NCBI GenBank assembly: GCA_013239625.1
Contig: MU053881.1
Coordinates: forward strand, 7,649,957 to 7,713,956
Direction of reading: 5' to 3'
DNA length: 64,000 bases
Origin: Lama guanicoe
Taxonomy: Eukaryota
Shown: positions 1 through 13,274 of the stretch, piece by piece
Layout of the letters: the number at the start of each line of letters is the position of its first letter
How positions within the stretch are numbered: position 1 is the first letter of the stretch
Notes under the pieces: model-generated
Databases searched by the model: none
The model's input: the letters and a program-made list of their open reading frames with translations, nothing else
Told to the model about the DNA's origin: nothing
Program-made: the position numbers and the translations under genes

Positions 1-484
1 AGGTGTTGAGAATGGAGCTAGGAAGGCAGGAAGATGCCCTCATCATAGCTTGGCCACAAAATGAGTCTCTAAATGGTAATCAGACCTTTCATTCTATCAA
101 TATTAAATTTATTCTTTAGTGTTATGCTAAAAGTCCTTCTCTATCATTTGTTTTCTTGGCTCACCATGTCCCAGCTTTCACGCAGGTATATCTGTCTCAC
201 TACAAAATCGTAAATAATGGCTGCTATTAGTGGAGCTCTGACTACACCGTGTGCCATACACTAACTACGTGGACCTGAATATACTAAAACTCCTCAAACG
301 TAGACAAGTGCTATTATTATAATTTAGAGTCAAAGAAATTAAGGATGGAGGAATTCCTTCCTCCGTGTGATGCTGCTTTTCAAGACATTAAAAGGTGAGT
401 CACTTCAAGAACCACAGGCACCGAAATGATTAAAGACTGCTTTAACCACGTTTTTACATTTATCCTTTGAAACATTACAGTGAA

Positions 485-610
485 GCATTTATTATCTTTC
501 CCATTTTGCAAATAGGGAAACCACAGTTCAGAGGATTTAAAGGGCATGCCCTAGGTGACACAGCTAGTACAAAACTAGGACCAGAAGCCAAGGTTCCTGA
601 CTTGGATCCC
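485..610 (-). mobile_element. MIR SINE fragment
   Basis: cccattttgcaaatagggaaac...gccctaggtgacacagctagt resembles the antisense MIR core. Confidence 0.7.
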
Positions 611-919
611 ACATCCTGCCCACTGTACTGGTTGTTGTCATTACTTGGTGGCTTTTCTTCGTATAAAATTGGAGTCTGGCTTGCAGTAGGTGATCATCAT
701 TTATTTGTTGAATGGCTGAATGAAAAAGTGAAGGCTGTTTTCAGTCCTTTCTTTGTCTCTTTTAGCACCCTCCAGATGGCTAATCTTGGTTGATACTCCA
801 GAATTTCCTTCCCTGCGGCCCCAGACAGCTTCCTGTCCCCCAAGTCCATAAAAATTTAGCCGTTTTTTAAAATCCCATTATTTCTAGGTTATAAGAACAT
901 AAGTTACAAAACCAATTAG

Positions 920-1100
920 CACTTACTAAGCATGTGCTATGTATTAGGTACTTAATTGTCATATTAAATCCTTATAGCAAATTTAAGGGTATGAATTGTT
1001 ATTTCCATTTACAGGTGAGAAAATCAAGACCTTAAAAATCACATGACTTTACAAAACTAGCAAGTGTCAGTGGTGTTCCATCCCAGATTTATCTGACTCC
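920..1100 (-). mobile_element. MIR SINE
   Basis: ccattttacaggtgagaaaatcaag...ccagatttatctgactcc. Confidence 0.7.
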
Positions 1101-1234
1101 TAAAGTTGCAGGTCATACTTGCTGAATTCTCCTGCCCCCACTCAGTGCTGGCAGTAATTGCCAAGACTTTGTTTTTCCACCCATCCCTCCCCGGTGCCAT
1201 TTGCATTTTAATAAAGTCTTTCAATGCTGCAGCC

Positions 1235-2672
1235 CAACCATTCTCAAAGTGAAGTCAGTGGGCCCCTGGGGTCCCTAAGAGCCTTTCAGGAGGTTTGCAA
1301 AGTCAGACTATTTTCATGATAATACTGATCTGTCATCTGCCATTCTCACTGAGTTAACATTTGCACTGATGGTGCAAAAGCAACTGTGGACACAACTGCT
1401 GGCCCCTTAGAACAAATCAAGGCAGTGATGCCCAGTTGTCCTTTCCTTCTTCAACACCACACACTCACAGGAAAAGCAAAAAGACAGCTTTCTTAAGAAT
1501 ATTTACGATGAAGCAGTAAGCATTGTTACTGTGATTAAAATCACAACCCTCAAGTACACGCACTTTCAGTATTTTCTGTGATGAAATGGGAAGCACCATA
1601 AAACACTTCTGCTGCCAGCATCCCAAATTCTCTAGGTAAAGCACTCATGTGATTGAGTTGCTAACTGAACAAGCCACTTTTTCCGTGGAACTCCATTTTT
1701 TTTTCTTGAAATAAATTACTGATAGGCAAACTGGTTATTCAGACTTGAGTATTTGGCAGTCATCTTCTCAAAAAGGAACAAAGTGAGTCTGTCACTTCAA
1801 GGAAAACAACTGACCGTATCCGATGTCAGTGATAAAATTTGAGCTTTCAAGTGAAAATTAAAATTCTGAAAAATTTTTATCTGCCACCATGAACCTGACA
1901 GGCTCCCAGTACTTAAAGATTCTTCTGATAGGATCAGGGGAGATAGTAGCAGATGTGAAGTTGTTTGTTTTTTTTTTTAATATTGTATAATGAAATGTAG
2001 CAACATTTGGAAGATCTGCGTAACTCAGTGAATCAATATTTTCCCAATGATTAATGTATGATATTATAAAACCATGTGTGGGTAAAAGATGTATTCAAAG
2101 TGCAGGACAGATCGAGGGAATTTAATGTAATGGAATGTGAAAAGTTCATTGATACGGAGTCACGTTCTACACTGCAACTAATCTGTTCTGGGGTGGTTAA
2201 GAAAAAAAACAAAGAATCACTACAGTTATGTAAAAGGGCTGCTGAAATGCTCCTCCCTCTCCATATTACATACTGTGTGAGGTGGGGCTTTCTTCATAAC
2301 CTTCAACCCAAACAGCATATCACAACAGATTGAAAGCAGAAGCAGATCTTAGAATACAGCTGCCTTCTATTAAGCCAGGCATTAAAGAGATTTTCAAAAA
2401 TGTAAAGCAGTGACATTGTTCTCACAAAATATTTTTGTTTGAGAGACTGTATTTTTGTAGGAAAAAATAATGTCAACATTTAATGCTATGTTGTTATTTT
2501 AAAGGAATTAAAAATCAGTATTTTTAAAATTTCTCAGTTAATTTTCTCAGTCAATTTCAAATATGGTAAATATTGAGAGATATAAATCACGTGAACAAAA
2601 GTTTTTTGGGGACCGTCAATTATTTTCAAGGGTGTGAATGGTACCGGAGACCAAAATGTTTGAGAACCACTG
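1235..2672 (+). mobile_element. hAT-Charlie DNA transposon fossil (Charlie1a-like), end to end
   Basis: Termini caaccattctcaaa and tttgagaaccactg. 8-bp TSD ctgcagcc (1227-1234) / ctgtagcc (2673-2680). Internal decayed transposase-like sequence (acatttgcactgatggtgcaaaagcaa). Confidence 0.88.
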
Positions 2673-3729
2673 CTGTAGCCTGAGGAAGTGATGATATGGG
2701 TGTTTCTGATAAAGCAGTGGGGTGGCCATTGAGCAAGAGGGCTTTTTATCTTCCCTCCAAAAACCGAGCGGATAATCTATGCATGTTCTTCTGAGAACAT
2801 TTGGTCCCAGGGAACCCCTAGTCAAGACTTGGGTTACATGCTCTCCAATTCCATTTTGCACGCACTTCCATTTCACAGCGCCAGTTACATCTGTGCTTGG
2901 CCACAAGCTCAGTGTGGCACGCATTCAATTCGGATTTTTTCATGGATCATGACCTTTAAACTATAGGAGTTGGCAAGGGAAGGGAATTTCTACAGAGTAC
3001 CACTGGGAGGGTCTCTTGCACCCCGCAATGTGAATCTTCATCTGAGAACACTTCTCGGCTGAATCTGAGGTCTGCATCCAATTAATCACCTCTTCAGACA
3101 CTCGAGTGGACAGCCCTTGAGGCAGGAAGGGAGAGGCCTGGGAGGCAGAGCAGAATAAACATCTTAATCCAAATCAAGACTGAGGCCAGCTGTCCAGGCT
3201 GCTCTTGTGGCCACAGCTCCCAGGGCTGCTGCCCACGGCTGCCCCTACTTTATTCCACTGCCCTCTTGAAGGTGCCTCCTTCCCTCTCCTTCCCACGCAA
3301 GCAGCCAGTCCAGTGCATGAATTTGTGGGTTGGATTCTAATTGCTAGCTATGCTGGGAAGCCCGCCTCCCTCTAATTCAGCCTTGACACAAATAGCTAGA
3401 AAGTTCACTTGCAAAGAAAGCCACAACTCCCAGAGCAATGCACTGAGAGGTCCCCTCCTAGAGAGTGGACTTCTGTTCCATTCAAGTCAACAACTACTTA
3501 GCAAGCACCTATTTAGTGCTTAGCACACCCCATGAAGAATTAATCTGAAAAGCATATTTGATAGAATCATAAAGGCTTGCCTTATCCAGGCATCTCAGCC
3601 TACAGTTCTACCCTCACACAAGGGACCACCAGCCTCTACCTGGACCACTTCAGTGATGAAGCACTGACTGCCCCTTGAAGCATTTCTGGAGAGCTTTAGT
3701 TGGTAGAAAATTCTTCCTGCTTCTCTGAG

Positions 3730-3940
3730 AGAGGCAACAGAACACAGTGGTTAAGTCACATAGACCTGGGTTTTAATCCCGTCTCTGTCACTTACGATCG
3801 GAAGCAAGTTACTGTATCTATCTATGCCTCAATTTCCTTCTCTGTAAGAGGAGAATAATGATACCCATTGCAAGCCATTCCCGTATGAAAATAAATTGTA
3901 AAATGTATTGTCCAGGTCCCAGCACAACTTAAGTACTTAT
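3730..3940 (+). mobile_element. MIR SINE
   Basis: cagtggttaag...agacctgggttttaatcccgtctctgtcactta...gcctcaatttccttctctgtaa. Confidence 0.8.
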
Positions 3941-5114
3941 TAAGCCAGTTCCACCGTGTAGTTGCCTTTGGTCTTTAATAAATTTGGTAACCTCAAGTTC
4001 TTTTGTCATTGAATTATTACCTACAACATAGGGTTGTGAGGATGCATCCCTGCGCAAGAACTTACTAGTTTTAGGACTGTGAGTACATTTTTTAATTTTT
4101 CTAAGCTTGATTTTTTTAATCTATAAAATGGAGGTAGTAGTGCTCGCTACTTAAAGGGCTTTTGTGAGAAATAAAGTATATAAGATACATATTAGCTCTG
4201 TGCTTGGTAAATGGTACATTTCATTATCATTGACTTCCATCCATTTGCCCTGAGAGATGTCTGCCTTGCAAGGTCTTTGGTTCACTTTTTGGATCTACAC
4301 AGACTAAGTCAGATCTTTCTTCCACTTCTGTCCTTCATTATAATGTCTCCCACAGGTTTTCTTTCCTCTAGCACAGACTTTTCCAGTATATCTCCAAGGC
4401 ATTTCCGGAATAAGGTTTTGAACACCTTTCACCATCCTTGGAATGTTTTCCAGATTGCCTTCAGTTTGTCAGGGTTCTTTTCAAAATACGTTGTTCAGAT
4501 TTAAATATGCAACTCCAGGTGCAAATTGACCAGCCCAGAACACTTTGAGACCTAAGTTTCTGTGTGATGCAGTTTCTTTGAATGCAGCCAAAGATTAAGT
4601 GGTGGCTTCACCATATTGTTGATTCATATCAAACTTGTAATCAATTTAAATCATGACGTTGTTTTCACATTTGCTGCTGTTAAAGCCATGTCTCTCCGAT
4701 TCCATACTCATGAAGTTTAATTTTTTTATCATAAGTGTAGGATTTTTTTATTGATCTCTCTTAAACAAAGAACAGCTTTGTTAATACAAACTCTTAATAC
4801 ATACACACAAACTATAAAGTGCTAAGAAATTTAAATATCTAAGTCATAGCAAACAGGTGGCAATTCAACATCCAGGGTCAACAGATCAGACTCCCGCAGT
4901 GGAGGAGGCGCCTTCAGAGATGAAGGGGGGCCCAGATGTCAGATTGCTCAGGTTCCATCCCCTCATCAAGGATCATGAGAGGCACTCCATTCAGAGGAGG
5001 CAGGCCGAAACTCTCAAAATCTAGCGATTGAAGTGAGATAATTTTTTTTATTTCTGGATAGGTGTCATCTGAGACAGGAACAGAGCATTTTGCTTTAATG
5101 GTCTTCTCAGTCAT

Positions 5115-5600
5115 CTTTTTTTTTTTCAATAGACTTTATTCTTTTAAAGCAGTTTCAGGTTCACAGCAGAATTGAGCAGAAAATACAGAGAGTTCCCATA
5201 TAGCTCTCCCCACCCACGCATATATACTCCCCTACCCTCAACATCCCTCATCAGTGTGGCATATTTGGTACAATTGATGAATTAACATGGACACATTATT
5301 ATCAACCAAAGTCCATAGCTTACATTAGGGTTCACTCTTGATGTTGTACATTCTATGGGTTTTGACCAATGCATAATGACATGTAGTCACTACTATAGTA
5401 TCATACAGAGTAATTTCATTGCCCTTAAAATCCCCTGTGTTCCATCTGTTCATTCCTCCCTCCCTCTTCCCAAACCCCTGGAAACCATGATCTTTTTATT
5501 GTTTCTCTAGCTGTGCCTTTGCCAGAATGTCATTTGGTTGGAATCGTACAGTTTGTAGCCTTTTCAGACTGGCTTCTTTCATTTAGTAATATGTCTTTTA
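5115..5600 (-). mobile_element. L1 3' end (L1MC-type)
   Basis: T-run followed by gcagtttcaggttcacagcagaattgagcagaaaatacagagagttcccatat...tacattagggttcactcttg. Confidence 0.8.
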
Positions 5601-7284
5601 AGTCAGTCCTCTTTTTGATAGACAACGTTCTCTGTTTCTACTTGAGAGGTCCATTATCCTTGGTCTCACTATTTTGACTCATTCTTTTTATCTATTTCCT
5701 TTTAAATAAATCTGGGTTTTTATATCCAGCATTGTAACTACTCATTACAGTAATTACAGATTTAATCAGAATGTCCTTTAAGTTAATTAAATTGTTGAAG
5801 AGGATAGGCCAAGTCAGAGCTCTGTAAGGTGAAAGATAGTCCACCCCATCCAGGTAGACTGTGATCAACAGTAGGGAGGTCTGGTCAGTCAAATGGCTGT
5901 GAACTCTCCACACTGTAATGCCATGTAGCTCAGAGCTCTTTGCCATTCCACATACTCTGTGTGTGCAGAATAGAAAATGAGAAGTTTATCTCACTCCCCC
6001 ATGCCACAGGGCAAAGAGCACATCAAAGAACAGGGACTCAAACCTTTGTCCTCCAACACACTTGTTGAGTGTCTTGTAGAAAATCACTTAAACTTACCCT
6101 CAATTTTCTCATATGCACAAAAGACAACACTAATATTTTCCTCACTGTTCACTGAGAGAATTAAGAATGGTGATAATTAAAATAAATTCTCCATAAAATG
6201 CAGATATTGTTATATTTCAGTAACTGGGCTGCAACACAGATTACCTTTTATTCTTGTATATATTTTAAGTTTATTATACAGAGGGAAAAAAAGGCGGCTC
6301 AGAGAATCAGCACCAAGATTCAAACTCGTATCTGTCTTGCTGAAAAATCCATCATCTTTTCACAATGCCACGGTAACTTCACTGAGATAACATGTGAGAA
6401 GTGCTTTGTAGTATAAAACCCTGGATTGATATGAATTGTTATTATAACTTAGTTTACCAGTTAGAAATTCTATTGGAAAAAAAACTAGGTTCACTTGGCA
6501 TAATTTGTCCACAGTGAACCCAAGTGGTCTCTGGGTGATTACAAATTCACCTTTTTATAGATACAGTACTCACAAATCACCTTTCAGTCTTTTTTTTTTT
6601 GGCTAGTTTTTTTTTAACCTTTAGGTACAATAAGTTCATAAATTCTAGAATCATCATTATTTCTTTAAGAAAAATCAGAACATTGATCCTTCTCCAGGTT
6701 TCTGGCACTTCTCCTGTTGAAAAACATGCCATGTTCTTTTCGTGGGGCTTTTTTGCTTACAAAATGCTTACACGAAGCTGAGAGAAACTAGACTACAGGT
6801 AACAAATTACACGAAGTGTAGTCAGGTATTAAAATGAATGAAAGAAACAGGGAAATGTTCTTGCTGGTCAAGAAAGTGATCAGTGTAGGCTGCAGGTTAT
6901 CAGCAAAGGCTTCCTCGTAAGGAGGTAACCCTAAACTCCAAGACTGGTCCTTGATTTTGGAATTTTCCATAATCAAGCAACGAGGCATTCATTGTGCTCC
7001 TTGGAGATTCCGGAAGTCCGTTCTCACTCTCCTGTGCCTGCCCGGTCTCCTTCTGTCTGCCCTGGTACCCAGCAGCAGTGCTGACTCTCAGAGCTATCTG
7101 GTTCACACCTGCGGGGCTGTGGTCCGTAAACTGAGATACACAATCTAAGAAAATCCGTCAGAGGAGCCTGCAGGGACTCCTGTGATGACTGAGGTGCAGA
7201 GGTGCAGTCATAGCCCAGAATGTCTTAAAACATCGAGCTGCGACAAGCCCAGGCACTTTGCCCGTGGATCTAACTTTAGGTTTT

Positions 7285-8250
7285 CAATTTATTTATGTCA
7301 CAAATGTGTATTAAACACTTTACTCTTCTCTGGGCACCAGGCTAAGTGCTGGAGATTGAAAGTCAAGCTAAACATGTACCCTAGGATGTTTCTCACAGAA
7401 GGTGAAAAGTCAACTTCTTAGCTGAGTTTTGAGGAGTCACTAGCTATTAGTTGGATGGAAAAGGTGAAAAGACACCAGATAGTGGAAGCAGCTGAGGGAA
7501 AGCAAGCTGAGAAGCATGAAATAACTTGTCAGATTTCTGCAGAAACTGCAGATGCTTCTGGATGATGGGACAGCACATTGACTTGTGCGGGAGTGAAGGG
7601 GCAAAGCTGGAGAAGTAGTCAGGAGTCAGACGGTGACGAACCTTGGCTGCTGAGAGAGGGAGTTTGAACTCTTTACCCTGAAAGCTATTGTGTCCTATTG
7701 AGGGAATTTAATTAGCAAAGTGAAATGATTGTAACTGTGTTTAAGAAAGATGACTCCTGTGGTAGTTGTGGAGGATAAATAGGGAATGAACCATTCTGAG
7801 ACCTGGAGAGCCCAGTTAGGAAGCTAAGGCAATGCTCAAGGTCAGAAGTGGTGGATATTGACTAAAGCAGTGGCTATTAGTGGGGACAAATGCCGATGAT
7901 ATAAAGCAGGCTGAATTAGAGTCCTTGGTGACTAGATGAATGATTTGGGAAAAAAGAGATTATAGTGCAGGGAAGGGTCTAGGGAAATACTCACATTTTT
8001 AATATGGTTCACTGCATTGATTATGGCTCCTTTCATTGACATAGAGCATAAAGAGAGGGGACCAAATTTGGGGGGGAACATGATGACTTCAGCCTTTGAC
8101 ATGTTAAGATTTAGATCTGCAGGATTTCTGAGGAGGTATTTAAGTTGGCAACTTTATGTAAGAGTTTGAAGCTCATTTGATGGCAGAGGGGAGAAGGAGA
8201 CTCATCAATGTATAAAAAATGATGGTTTGAAGTCATGGGTAGACATGGGA
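7285..8250 (-). mobile_element. L2 LINE fragment
   Basis: Antisense L2 3' end (caaatgtgtattaaacact...ccaggctaagtgctggaga) followed by a purine-rich L2 body. Confidence 0.7.
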
Positions 8251-8769
8251 GGGGAAGATACCAATACTCAATATTTTGGAATATACACCCATAACACTTC
8301 TTCTCTAAGAACCCTCCTTCACCTGACCCACCAGTAGACATGTCTGTACTGTGTGACTTTGCTATGCTGTCCTAATGCTAACTGGCCCAAACTGGACTAG
8401 TCAGAAGGTATCAGCCAGGAAGTCTGACATGGAACCATCTTTGCATACTGTCTGTAAATTGTTTGGCTGTAGAAATGTAGTCAGGAAGTGTGGGGCATCC
8501 ATATTTGGCTATGAAAAGATTAGATAAGTTAAGTGAAAAGACATGGGGCCAGTCCTGGGGGGAGAGATGAGAGAGCAAAGCTCCAGATGGCCTGATAGAG
8601 TCTAAGATTCTGGGAGTCCTTCATGGAGCCTTGGTTCCTAGACATACCCCAGAAATCCTTCCAGTAAGTCCCACTCCACCCTCTCAAACATCCTTAGTTT
8701 TTTCCTTAATCTTGTATGGAGTGGAAATGTTACTTAGAACCAGAGAAAGAATTAGAATATAACTATTTT

Positions 8770-9640
8770 GAAACCCTTAATGAAATTAGGAATCTAAGCA
8801 GTAGGTAGTAACAGTTACTAACATAACAACAATTGAGGCAATCAGGTATATGTCTCCTAGTGGAGGTGCACAGCATTACCTACGGTGTATTCCTGCCAGA
8901 AAATCAAACTTGAGTCTGATCAAGTCTCTAGATCTAACTAGCAATTCATAGGAAATACAGGGTCCAGAGGGACATGTTAAACTATACCATGGGGATGAAA
9001 TTGGCAATATCCAGGTTGTGGCAAGCATTACCAGACAAATTATCTAATTTCTTCATGCAAAAAAAGAAATGGAGAGAGATGGAGGGGTGATCCAATAAGT
9101 TAAATGAGACTTAAGGGATACATGTATCCATTTAAAAGTATCTGGGGGAAGGGTATAGCTCGGTGGTAGAGCTCATGCTTAGCATGCGTGAGGTCCTGGG
9201 TTCAATCCCCAGTACCTCCATTAAAAAAATAAACAAATAAATAAATAAACTTAATTACCCTCCCCCAAAATTACAAAAAATTTTAAATATAGACCTCATT
9301 CTGGTATTTAGTCAAACAAATTTTTTAAAAGGTATGAGATAACTAGAGAAATTTGTTCCCTAACTGGGCATTTTATGAAATTAAGGAATTATTGCTTTAA
9401 AATATGACAATGATATGACTTTTTAAAAAAGAGTCTTATACTTTTGAGGTACATACATAAGTAGTAACAGACGAAAAATATAACTGCTGGGATTTCCTTC
9501 AAAGTTATTAGAATGTGGCAGAATGAAGTGAGGGATATAGATGAACTAAATTGGCCCTGGAGTTGATAATAATTGAAGTCGAGGGCCCATTGTATTATTC
9601 TCTCTACTTTTTATGTATTTAAAAATTTTTATAACAACAA
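8770..9640 (+). mobile_element. Old L1 3' UTR (L1MC4/5-like) hosting a SINE
   Basis: ggaaatacagggtccagagggacatgttaaactatacc...cattgtattattctctctacttttatgtattt. Confidence 0.65.
9144..9280 (+). mobile_element. tRNA-Ala-derived SINE (camelid vic-1 type)
   Basis: ggggaagggtatagctcggtggtagagctcatgcttagcatgcgtgaggtcctgggttcaatccccagtacctcca, then an A-rich tail with taattaccctccccc. Confidence 0.88.
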
Positions 9641-9664
9641 GTTGTTTTTTATAAGGGCCTTGAC

Positions 9665-10740
9665 ATACCCAGGAATGCAAGGTTTAACATACGACGATCA
9701 ATATATAGTAACATCGTATCAAAAGAATAAAGAGTAAAACCCACACAGTCATTTCAGTAGATACAGAAAAAGCATTTGGCAGAATCTTATACCTCTTCAT
9801 GATAGAAACAATCAACAAAATAGAAATAAAAGAGCACTCTGTCAACTTGATAAAGGCCATCTGTGAAAAACCTGCAGTTACGATGATACTTAGCGGCGAA
9901 AGGTTCAGTGCTTTCCCTCTGAGATCAGGAACAAGACTAGGATGTCCGTTCTTGCCACTTCTATTCAAATTGTACTAGAAGTTTTAGCTAGCACAACTAG
10001 GCAAGAAAGTTACATAAAAGATACTTACACTGTGAAGGAAGAAATAAAACTATATTTGCAGACGATACGATCTTGTATATAGAAAATCCTAAAAAATTCA
10101 CTAAAAGCCTATCCAAATAATAAACCAGTTAAGTAAGGATGCAGAACACAAGATCAATACATAAAAATCAGTTCCTCTGTATTTCTACACACTAGCAACG
10201 AACAATCTGAGAATGAAATTAAGAAAACAATTCCATTGATATTAGCATCAAGAAGAAGAAAACACTTAATAATTCATTTAACAAAAAATACAACTTATAC
10301 TCTGAAAACTATAAAACACTATGAAAGAAATTAAAGATTTCAATAAATGGAAATCAGAAAGGCTTAATAATTGCTAAAATAGGGGCAATATTCCCCAAAT
10401 CAATTGACAGATTCAGTGCAATTCAATACCAATTAAAATCCTAGTTGGCATCTTTTCAGAAGTTGCCAAGCTGATTCTACCCTTCACATGGAAGTGCAAG
10501 AGATTAAGAATAGCCAGAAGAATCTTGAAAAGGAAGAACAATGTTGGTGGACTCACACTTTCTAATTTTAAAGCTTACTGCAAAGCTACGTGAATGAAGA
10601 CGTCATGGTGCTGGCAGAAGGACAGACCTACAACCCTGTGGAACTGAATTGAGAGTCACAAATAAAACGCTCACATTTATGGTCAGCTGACTTTCAACAG
10701 GGGCTTTGGAATTTGGATCATAAATGAAAGTCTTACCTCC
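9665..10740 (+). mobile_element. L1 ORF2 (reverse transcriptase region) fragment, decayed
   Basis: ccaggaatgcaagg...gatacagaaaaagcatttg...ggaacaagactaggatgtcc...tttgcagacgatacg (decayed FADD motif). Many stops and frameshifts. Confidence 0.9.
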
Positions 10741-11039
10741 GGATTCCACTGGACAAACCTGGCTGAAAGAACAGAGCAGCTTGCTTTTGATGAGATGGAA
10801 TGAGATGGATGAGATGGAAAGTTCTTGTTTTGTTTTGAATGGGGAGGGCAGTGGGGAATGTGTAGGGAAGATGAAGCTGAAGGGGGCCAGGTGGCCCCAC
10901 TAACTTTTCGTGGCTTTAATATAGCCCATTCTAGAAAAGACTTGAAGCCTTGCCCACATGTGAGACAGTCCATGAGAATTAGAACACAGTAGAAAGGGAA
11001 AGAGAAAAGAAGACATTAACTACAACTACAGTGATGATC

Positions 11040-11225
11040 AACAGCCAGTGTTTATGTAACATTTACTAAATGCTGGGCATATTTCTAAATGTTTAAAATT
11101 TATTAAGTCATCTAATACTCACAAAAATCGTAAGTACCATTATTATTCTCATTATATAGATGAGAAAACTGAAGTACCAAGAGGTTGTATAACTTACCCA
11201 CAGTCAGAGAGCTGGAAGCGGTAAG
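11040..11225 (-). mobile_element. MIR SINE
   Basis: attattctcattatatagatgagaaaactgaag...aacttacccacagtcagagagct. Confidence 0.75.
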
Positions 11226-11954
11226 ACAGTGGTATTCATTGCACGTGCTGATTGCACGTAAGAATCATCTTAAAGGCACATGAGAATCATCTTGAAGATT
11301 TATGAAATATTCAGTGCTCAGCCCATATCTCAGACCAATTAAATGAGACTCTATGGTGAGCTTTTAAATCTTCCCCAGTGATTGAAACGTTCGACCAACG
11401 ATAAGATAGGCTGCATTTCTTACTCAGTGAACATGGTAAGAAGTCTGCTCACCTAATCGTGCAATATCTTCTGAGTTTAAAGACAGTGATTTTCAGAACA
11501 AAGTCCCCAGAAACATCACATGACAACTTAAAAATGAAATTTCTCTGACCCCGGTCCCTACCTTGGATGAGATGGAAACCCTTGGATGGAACTCAGCCAT
11601 CTGTGTTACAACCACAGATAATCGTGACGCTTGCCTGAGTTCAAGAACACTGATACGAGGTTTAGGATATGTTTCTCTTCTTCCCCTGTGCCGTGGCTTA
11701 GGAGCCTGGAGATCTGGACTGAGTGCAAATCTTTGTAAATGTTTATCCGCTGGCAAGTATTTTTGCCCATGAAATCCTCAGATTCTTCATGTGATAAGTG
11801 AAGGGAAAGACCAGAAAATCTCTAAGGTGTCTTCTAACGTTAAAACTCTGCATTTCTGTAATTCCTCCCTAATTTTTAGAACTGATTCAAGTTCCCTGCT
11901 AGAATATTTTCCTAAACCATAAACAAAGACATTCCAATTTCCAGACGTGAGAAG

Positions 11955-12210
11955 TCAGTGTAGCACAGCGATTCAGAGCGTGGACTCCTGGCTGTATCTA
12001 CATTTGAGTCCCATTTCTGCCTCTCTCTATCTGATCTTGGAAAAGTCTTTAAATCTATGCCCACCTCAGTCTTCATTATAAAGTTGGGCTCATATTCATA
12101 CCTACTTGATAGGCTCATATGGAGGATTAAAAATAAGTGCTTATAAAACACAACATCAACTAAGGAACACAGTGAGCTCTCAAGAAATGAAAGCTGTAAT
12201 AATAATTAAT
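11955..12210 (+). mobile_element. MIR SINE
   Basis: cagtgtagcacagcgattcagagcgtggactc...cctcagtcttcattataaag...gaggattaaa. Confidence 0.75.
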
Positions 12211-12369
12211 ACTCTTCTACACTGGACATTGCATGAAATTTGAATTTCAGTCTTGCCTCCATTTCCAGGCACATTTCACGGGCAGGTGTGAAAAGAGAAA
12301 GCTTGGGAAGGTAGAGAAGGTGGCTGTAGAGGATGTGGGGTTGTGAGCAAAGATTGCATAACAAGAATG

Positions 12370-12497
12370 AAGTCCTAATCACCTCATCTTAACTTGATCA
12401 CCTGCAAAGACCCTATTTCCAAATAAGGGCACATCCACAGATACTAGGTGACTAGGACTTTATCTTTTGGGAGGAACACAATTCAACTCATAACACA
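12370..12497 (-). mobile_element. MLT1 (ERVL-MaLR) LTR fragment
   Basis: ctcatcttaacttgatcacctgcaaagaccctatttccaaataagg...caattcaactcataaca. Confidence 0.8.
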
Positions 12498-12916
12498 GCC
12501 CATGCTTTGCTTCCATCTCTGGTTAACATGGGACCTACAGAAAGTTTCCTTGGTCAGTAGGTGTCTCCAACCTTCTGTTATTTGTCTCTAATTCAGGGCT
12601 GTGCCTTCCACCTGGAGAAATGTAGGGGGTCCCACAGCTCACTGCCAGGTACTCTTTCCAGCAAATGAAAGCCTCAGGGTCACCTTCCTAGAGGTGTTGA
12701 CAGGCAGCTATCACACAGAGAAGAGGTAGACCTGGGAAGAACCTCGGGGATCATATACTCATCTTACAGAGCGGTGGACTGGGACCCAAAAAGTCACTCT
12801 TGCTCAGGTGCATCGCAGAACAAGTTGCAAACTCAGTTTTATCATTTGAAGTCTAACACTCTCCCCAACTAATTATGACCAACTCATTATTAGGCATTAT
12901 GAGAGAGTCAGAGGAA

Positions 12917-13095
12917 GTACAATTCTTCACCAGGTTAAAGATGCACATTAGTTCACATTTTTAAATCTTCAGACCTGAGATGCTTATTTTTTAATCAGTG
13001 GCATGTCTAATTGGCAGTGTTTCTTATTTTTTTAGTAGAATGCAACAGTAAACATACATTTTATTATTTGGGTTCTTAAATCCAATAAAATATGT
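12917..13095. mobile_element. Tc2-type MITE (MER104-like)
   Basis: aagatgcacattagttcacatttttaa...aattggcagtgtttct...tcttaaatccaataaaatatg resembles my recollection of the MER104 consensus. Confidence 0.6.
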
Positions 13096-13274
13096 TTAAG
13101 AAGTGGCCCCAACCTTCCAGGTGTCTCCTTTCTAGTTAGGAAGATGATATTTTATTACTTGATGTTACAATAAGCAGTATAATGTAATTGAGAAGTTCCC
13201 TCTGACAGCTTTGGCTATAAAAGGCAAAAAGAAAAAATTGAAAATTCAAAACTCACCATGTCCCTACTACTCCT

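Larger units (their letters stand above)
3560..5830 (-). mobile_element. Fragmented CR1/L3 LINE, interrupted by MIR and L1
   Basis: L3-like antisense pieces at about 3560-3720, 4420-4765 (gaatgcagccaaagatt...tgttgattcatatcaaacttgtaatcaa) and 5760-5830. Confidence 0.55.

Noticed and set aside
2076..2333. 85-aa ORF as a domesticated transposase
   Set aside because: A short remnant inside a decayed Charlie element with surrounding stops and frameshifts, and no promoter or splice evidence.
9144..9220. Genuine tRNA-Ala gene (also 33387-33465)
   Set aside because: It is followed by the shared SINE A-rich tail, occurs in multiple diverged copies with imperfect stems, and one copy has a TSD.
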